Assembly (NCBI GenBank): GCA_963663445.2
Contig: CAXXTM010000002.1
Coordinates: 1,167,187-1,231,186 of the forward strand
Direction: 5' to 3'
From: Aggregatilineales bacterium
GTDB lineage: Bacteria; Chloroflexota; Anaerolineae; Aggregatilineales; Phototrophicaceae
DNA length: 64,000 nt
Shown here: one piece after another, positions 58,772 to 64,000 of the stretch
Layout of the letters: the number at the start of each line of letters is the position of its first letter
Numbering within the stretch: position 1 is the first letter of the stretch
The notes under the pieces: model-generated
What the model was told of the DNA's origin: nothing
The model's input: only the letters and a program-made list of their open reading frames with translations
The model's database searches: none
Position numbers and translations under genes: made by a program

Positions 58772-60022
58772 ATGAGCTTTCACGCCAAATTCATACGTGA
58801 ACTATTCCCTTCATTGCAGCTGGCGGCGCCGGACGCGCGCCCAGCGATATTCTTGGACAATCCCGCTGGGACGCAGGCGCCGCAGAGCGTGATTGACGCG
58901 GTTTCCACATATTATCGCAGCATGAACGCGAATTCGGGCGGCTTCTTCCGCACCAGCCGCCGAAACGATGAGATGGTGGACCAGGTTCGCCAGAAAATGG
59001 CAGAGTTCCTCAACGCGGCCAGCGCTTCCGAAATCGTAATTGGACCCAATATGACCACCTTGAACTTCGCCTTGAGCCGCGCCATTGCGGGGACGCTAAA
59101 GGCTGGCGACGAAATCGTCTTGACGCGCATGGATCACGATGCAAACGTATCGCCCTGGACAACGATTGCGGAAGAGCGCCAGTGCGTTGTCAAATGGGTT
59201 GACCTGAATACCGCCGATTGCACCTTGGATATGGACTCGCTTGAAGAGGCGCTGAGCGAAAAAACCAAGGTCGTGGCGACGGTACATGCCTCGAACGCGG
59301 TAGGCACGATCAATCCGGTGCGACAGATCGCGGCGATGGCGCATGCTGTGGGCGCATGGCACGTGGTTGATGCTGTTCAAAGCGCGCCGCATATCCCTAT
59401 CGACGTGCAGGATATTGGCTGCGACTTTCTGCTTTGCTCCGCTTACAAGTTCTATGGTCCCCACGTCGGTCTTATGTGGGGGCGCGAAGAGCTGCTGAAT
59501 GAGCTGCCGGTATTCAAAGTGCGCCCGGCAAAAGATCTGGCGCCCTATCGCTGGGAGACCGGCACCCCAAGTTTTGAAACCTGGAACGGCCTGCTCGCTT
59601 GCCTGCGGCATTGGCAGATGATCGGCGAGCGTTACGGCGATGCCGATTTGCCGCGCTATAGCGGCGGACGACTCAAAATGAAGCAGGCGATGATGGCTGT
59701 GCAGGAATACGAGCGCGGCTTGGTTGCCGCGCTGATCGAAGGATTATCCGCGATTGCGGGTCTAGGCATCGCTGGCATTACCGATGCGTCGCGCTACGGC
59801 TGGCGCGTGCCGACGGTCGCATTTGAGCTGGACGGCAAGTCGCCCGATGAAATCGCCGCTTACCTGGCTCAGCATGAGGTCTACGTCTGGAGCGGAGACT
59901 ATTACGCCTTGGAGATCATGCGGCGGCTGAATCGACCGCAGGGCATGGTGCGCGTCGGCATCGCTCAATACAATACGATTGAAGAGATCAATCGCCTGCT
60001 GGAACTGCTAGACCAAATCTGA
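58772..60022 (+). CDS. Aminotransferase class V / cysteine desulfurase-family PLP enzyme
   Basis: LTRMDHDANV, HASNAVGT, and PLP-lysine context CSAYKFYGPH. I did not find an obvious SufS-type catalytic Cys loop. Confidence 0.8.
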   Translation: MSFHAKFIRELFPSLQLAAPDARPAIFLDNPAGTQAPQSVIDAVSTYYRSMNANSGGFFRTSRRNDEMVDQVRQKMAEFLNAASASEIVIGPNMTTLNFALSRAIAGTLKAGDEIVLTRMDHDANVSPWTTIAEERQCVVKWVDLNTADCTLDMDSLEEALSEKTKVVATVHASNAVGTINPVRQIAAMAHAVGAWHVVDAVQSAPHIPIDVQDIGCDFLLCSAYKFYGPHVGLMWGREELLNELPVFKVRPAKDLAPYRWETGTPSFETWNGLLACLRHWQMIGERYGDADLPRYSGGRLKMKQAMMAVQEYERGLVAALIEGLSAIAGLGIAGITDASRYGWRVPTVAFELDGKSPDEIAAYLAQHEVYVWSGDYYALEIMRRLNRPQGMVRVGIAQYNTIEEINRLLELLDQI

Positions 60023-60078
60023 TCAGCTGCCGCCATTCGCTGTAAGGTCTGCATCCCTTGAATTGCCTTTACAGGATA

Positions 60079-61260
60079 TCAGCCTTGCAGCGGATGTCTG
60101 CTACCTGTGTTGGCGTAATATCGCGCCGATGCCAAGACCAGCGTGATCAACTGCTTGAGGCCGAAGCGAATCGGCGCAACCTCAATATACTCGTCCAGGC
60201 GGTGCGCGTTTCCGCCGCGCGTGATGCCAATCGTCACCGCCGGGCAACCCTGCGAGAGGGGAACGTTGCCATCTGTGCTGGCTGTTTCTAGGGTGCCATT
60301 GATGCCTATTTCGGCGAGCGCGTCTAACGCGCCCCGCACCAATTCATGATCGTCGGCGATGGACCCCGCCGGGCGCTCCCCTACAGTCTCGACCTCGAAT
60401 TGCAAGCCATCGCGCCTGCTTTGCTGAACCAGCCGACCGACGCCTTGGCCTAAGTCCGCGAGCGCGCGCGTGTCTACCGATCGCATGTCCAGCCAGAGGC
60501 TCGCTTCTGTCGCTATGGCGTTGATCGCATGCCCGCCGTCGATCATGCCGATATTACAAGTTGTGCGGGGCGAGACCGGCAGTTCCAAATTGCTGATTTG
60601 ATGACCCAGCTGCATGATGGCCTGCGTCGCGCTGGGACGGCCGTGATGGAGCCAACTGTGGCCCCCTTCTGCCTTGGCGCTTATGCGCAAACGATGAACC
60701 GCGATGCCGGCATTGTAGACATGCCCAAGCGCCAGGCCTTCCAGATTGATCACGGCGCGAACCTGTCTCTGCAATCTAGCATAAGCTGCTTTGGCGCCGC
60801 GCAAATCTCCCAGACCTTCTTCACAGCTGTCAGCCACGAACCATATATCACACTCCGGCGCGCGACCCGATTCTTGAATCGACTTAATCGCGCCCAGCAT
60901 GCCGGCGACGCCGACGCTATTGTCACCGATTCCGGGACCGTAAATCAGATCTCCGCTGCGCCGAATGCTCAAGTCGGTATCAGCGGAGAACACGGTATCA
61001 GTATGCGCGAAGACCAAGAGCGCCACGTCGGAACCCTTGCCCGGCATCCGCCCATAGACGTTATTCAAGTCGTCAATACTGATGTCATCCAGAAGCAACT
61101 CGCGAAACCGATTTGCGACATAAAGCGCCCGCTCTTTTTCATGAAAAGTGGGCGCCGCGATCTGTTGGATGCGCAGGGCTTCGTCCACAATCCATTGGGC
61201 GAGACCCGCTAGGTTGCGCCAATTCCAGTTGGCGGAGATCGATTTGACATCCATAGGCAT
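60079..61260 (-). CDS. M20-family metallopeptidase/deacylase (ArgE/DapE/PepT-like)
   Basis: FAHTDTV, GPGIGDNSVG, DSCEEGLGDL metal ligand blocks, and a dimerisation-domain insert. Confidence 0.85.
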   Translation of the reverse strand: MPMDVKSISANWNWRNLAGLAQWIVDEALRIQQIAAPTFHEKERALYVANRFRELLLDDISIDDLNNVYGRMPGKGSDVALLVFAHTDTVFSADTDLSIRRSGDLIYGPGIGDNSVGVAGMLGAIKSIQESGRAPECDIWFVADSCEEGLGDLRGAKAAYARLQRQVRAVINLEGLALGHVYNAGIAVHRLRISAKAEGGHSWLHHGRPSATQAIMQLGHQISNLELPVSPRTTCNIGMIDGGHAINAIATEASLWLDMRSVDTRALADLGQGVGRLVQQSRRDGLQFEVETVGERPAGSIADDHELVRGALDALAEIGINGTLETASTDGNVPLSQGCPAVTIGITRGGNAHRLDEYIEVAPIRFGLKQLITLVLASARYYANTGSRHPLQG

Positions 61261-61337
61261 CGAGTCAAGACAAGGTTTATGCAGCAGGGTAGTTATGATA
61301 GATACCGGCTAAATCAGATTGGCTTAACTATGCTTCT

Positions 61338-62822
61338 CTATGCCAGCGCATCGCGAGCCAGCTTGATGCGACGGATCGACTCCGCTTTGCCCAGGATCTC
61401 CATCGTTTCGAATGTCGGTGGCGAAACGCGCTGACCGGTCACCGCGGCGCGCAGCGTGCCAAAAACTTGGCCATTCTTGAAGCCAATTTCCTTGGCGAGC
61501 TGCTTGAAGGCGGCGTACTGACTTTCATGGCTGAAATCGGCCAGACCTTCTATGATAGGAATCGCTGCTTCCAGCACTTGCTTGGTCCCGCGATCATCCA
61601 TCTTCTTTTGAAAAAGTATCTTGGCGGCGGGAGGCTGGAAGCAGTCCCAGTCCTCAAAGAAAAAACCGGCCATGGCGATCACATCGTTGAGCGTCTTTAG
61701 CCGCACCTGCAAAATTGGCGCGACTCTGCGCAAACGCGCCTCATCCACTTTGTAACCTGCGCCTTGCAGCGCGGGTTTGAGCGAACTAGCCAGAAAATCG
61801 ACATCCGCGGACTGAATATATTGGCTGTTTAGCCAATCCAGCTTCGCGATAGGATAGGCGCTGTTGGCGGGATTGACGTCCCTCAGGTCGAAGCGTGCGC
61901 TGGCCTCCGACATGGAAAAGACCTCGCGCTCTTCGCCGAAGTTCCAACCGATATTGGTCAAGAAATTGAGGACGGCTGCCGGCAGATAACCGGCGCCAAT
62001 AAACTCGTGAACGAGAACGGGCACGCTGGCGCCGTCGGCGGCGGCGAATCTACCCTTGCGTTTGCTCAACTTGCCTTTGCCATTGGGGTTAAGCAGCACC
62101 GGCAGGTGAGCGAACTGAGGCTTCCGCCAGCCCAGCGCCTCCCAGATTTTCAGGTGCAGCGGGAAAGACGGCAGCCATTCCACCGCGCGTGTGATATGCG
62201 AAATCTCCATGTGATGATCATCAACAATATGGGCGAGATGGTAGGTCGGGAAGCCATCCGATTTGAGCAGCACGGCGTCCTGCAATTGCTCGTTGTCAAA
62301 GGTCACTTCGCCGCGAATCATGTCCTGGCCGCTGGTCTTGCCCTGCAGAGGCATCTTGAAGCGAATAACATAGTCTTTGCCCGCGGCTTCCAAACGCTTT
62401 ACGTCAGCCGGGTCTAAATCCCGATAGCGGCGGTCGTAACCCTGGCCCGCTGCCCGCATTTGCGCTAGCTCTTCCGCCGTGGCAAAACACTTATAGGCGC
62501 GCCCCTGCTCGACTAGCCAATGCGCCCAGGTTTGATAGAGTTCCAATCGCTGCGACTGTATGTAGGGTCCAAAGGGTCCGCCTTGCTCTGGTCCCTCGTC
62601 GATATCCATGCCCAACCAATCAAAAGCGTCTTGAATCATTTCAACGGAGCCGGGCACAAAGCGTTTCTGGTCCGTATCTTCGATGCGCAAAATAAACTGA
62701 CCCCCGTGCCGCCGGGCGAAGAGCCAGCCAAATAGGGCGGAGCGGATGCCGCCTATATGTTGAGGTCCTGTCGGGCTGGGCGCATAGCGGGTGCGCACGA
62801 CTTGCCGATCATCTGCAGTCAA
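61338..62822 (-). CDS. gltX: Glutamate--tRNA ligase
   Basis: RYAPSPTGPQHIGG (HIGH) and KLSKRK (KMSKS). TTG 62822 lies 6 nt after AAGGAG. Confidence 0.95.
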   Translation of the reverse strand: MTADDRQVVRTRYAPSPTGPQHIGGIRSALFGWLFARRHGGQFILRIEDTDQKRFVPGSVEMIQDAFDWLGMDIDEGPEQGGPFGPYIQSQRLELYQTWAHWLVEQGRAYKCFATAEELAQMRAAGQGYDRRYRDLDPADVKRLEAAGKDYVIRFKMPLQGKTSGQDMIRGEVTFDNEQLQDAVLLKSDGFPTYHLAHIVDDHHMEISHITRAVEWLPSFPLHLKIWEALGWRKPQFAHLPVLLNPNGKGKLSKRKGRFAAADGASVPVLVHEFIGAGYLPAAVLNFLTNIGWNFGEEREVFSMSEASARFDLRDVNPANSAYPIAKLDWLNSQYIQSADVDFLASSLKPALQGAGYKVDEARLRRVAPILQVRLKTLNDVIAMAGFFFEDWDCFQPPAAKILFQKKMDDRGTKQVLEAAIPIIEGLADFSHESQYAAFKQLAKEIGFKNGQVFGTLRAAVTGQRVSPPTFETMEILGKAESIRRIKLARDALA

Positions 62823-62885
62823 ATCTGTCTCCTTACTGAATTAGGGCGAGGTAGATAGCAGGCGGGAAGCGGGCGTCGTCGCCAA

Positions 62886-63986
62886 TTAGACGATAATTCG
62901 TCTGCGCCGCGCGATAACGCTTTGCACCAGCCCGATACCTACCATGGTGAACAGCAGCGACGTGCCCCCCGAGCTGACAAAAGGCAAGGTTAAACCCGTT
63001 ACCGGCAGCAGAGCCAGGTTCATGCCGATGGAAACGACGGTCTGGAAGAATATCATGGCGGCCACGCCGTAACAGATCATACTGCCGATCGGGTCGCTCG
63101 CTTCGCGCGCGCCTTTTAGAATGCGCAATAAAACCAGGCTGATCAGTCCGATAAGCGCAATGCCACCGGCCATCCCGAATTCGTGGGCGATGACGCTGAA
63201 GATAAAGTCCGTATGTCGCACGCGCAGGAAGCGCCCTGTGTTTTGCGGACCGACGGCATAGCCTTTGCCCAAGACGCCGCCCGATCCGATGCTGATCAAG
63301 GCTTGATCGATATTGTAGCCGGCGTCGCGATCGCTTTCCGGATTGAGAAAGAGTTCAATACGCGCTCGCTGATACCCCTCCAGCTGCGTGTATACAATCG
63401 GCAGCAGCGCCAGCCCAACGGATATGAACATCGCAATGTGCCGCAAGCGGAAGCCCGCCGACCAAATTATCACAGCCCAGATGAAAAGAAATACGATTGT
63501 CGTACCGAGGTCAGGTTGAATAAATATCAATGCGGCGGGAATCGCAACATGCGCCAGGGAGCGGAAGACGGCCGACAATTGCCCCAGATTCTGATAGCGG
63601 TCGGCCAGATGCTGCGACAGCGTGATGATCAAAATGATCTTGCCGATTTCCGAAGGCTGAATGCGGATGCCGATGTTTAACCAGCGCTGCGCGCCGCCCG
63701 CGCCCTCGACGCCGAAGACGCGGACCAAGAGCAGAAGAATGACCATGACTACGTAGAGCCAAACGCTGATGCCGCCTAATAGTCGGTAGTCGATGCTTGC
63801 CATCACGATTATGACGATGAGACCGATAATGGCGTAATTGATTTGATCTGGCACCCGACTAATGATGTCGTCGTCGATGGCGTCTTGCGTTGCGCTGGCG
63901 ATCATCAATATGCCGAATACAACCAAAGCCAATGTCGTAAACAGTAGCACAAGATCAATGCGTCGAAGCGTTCCTCTGGCTTCCAT
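62886..63986 (-). CDS. SEDS-family peptidoglycan glycosyltransferase (FtsW/RodA/SpoVE)
   Basis: 366 aa with 10 TM helices and conserved blocks (QPSEIGKI, HTDFIFSVIAHEFG, LPFVSSGGTSL). Confidence 0.9.
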   Translation of the reverse strand: MEARGTLRRIDLVLLFTTLALVVFGILMIASATQDAIDDDIISRVPDQINYAIIGLIVIIVMASIDYRLLGGISVWLYVVMVILLLLVRVFGVEGAGGAQRWLNIGIRIQPSEIGKIILIITLSQHLADRYQNLGQLSAVFRSLAHVAIPAALIFIQPDLGTTIVFLFIWAVIIWSAGFRLRHIAMFISVGLALLPIVYTQLEGYQRARIELFLNPESDRDAGYNIDQALISIGSGGVLGKGYAVGPQNTGRFLRVRHTDFIFSVIAHEFGMAGGIALIGLISLVLLRILKGAREASDPIGSMICYGVAAMIFFQTVVSIGMNLALLPVTGLTLPFVSSGGTSLLFTMVGIGLVQSVIARRRRIIV

Positions 63987-64000
63987 GCCTAGATAGGAGG

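Overview
Dense chromosomal window of about 60 protein genes plus one complete rRNA operon. Spot GC counts are about 55-60% outside one island. Gene content (F420/luciferase-like oxidoreductases, GT39-type glycosyltransferase expansion, RNase J, a fused-MrpAB Mrp antiporter, an FMN-riboswitch ABC importer) and the 16S sequence suggest a Chloroflexota-like organism. That is inference only and needs a 16S search.

Layout:
- 1-1.7 kb: wecD/wecE-like dTDP-aminosugar genes.
- 2-9 kb: housekeeping genes (rnj, two orphan ABC ATPases, a phosphoribosyltransferase (PRTase), comEA, lipA, bactofilin).
- 10-20 kb: minus-strand envelope polysaccharide cluster (Wzz/CapA-like, GT4, rnhB, two GT2, rmlD, unknown gene, rmlB, HAD phosphatase, long-form rmlA, BY-kinase-like).
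- 20-25 kb: folBK/folE, SAM-I riboswitch-metK, a methyltransferase, a DUF368 protein.
- 25.4-31.5 kb: six-gene Mrp antiporter operon.
- 31.8-38 kb: etfBA, a pentapeptide protein, a GNAT, and an LLM-DUF45-LLM operon.
- 38.1-39.2 kb: AI-2E family transporter.
- 39.5-44.8 kb: rrn operon (16S, tRNA-Ile, tRNA-Ala, 23S, 5S).
- 44.9-51.9 kb: compositionally atypical island with three tandem GT-C (GT39/PMT_2-like) paralogs, one frameshifted, plus a low-GC polytopic membrane gene.
- 52-64 kb: DUF2007 plus S58 peptidase, an OmpR/HK pair, FMN riboswitch plus ABC importer, class V aminotransferase, M20 peptidase, gltX, and a SEDS protein.

I found no CRISPR array, transposase, integrase, prophage or recognisable defence genes.

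The most promising candidates for something undescribed are:
- the rrn-adjacent GT-C paralog island with its unassigned C-terminal module and low-GC membrane partner;
- the BY-kinase homolog with a degenerate P-loop in a split CapA/CapB arrangement;
- possible independent transcription of 23S-5S from the long 16S-23S spacer;
- an 8-codon uORF overlapping the folE start.

All functional calls rest on motif recognition by eye. No searches were run.
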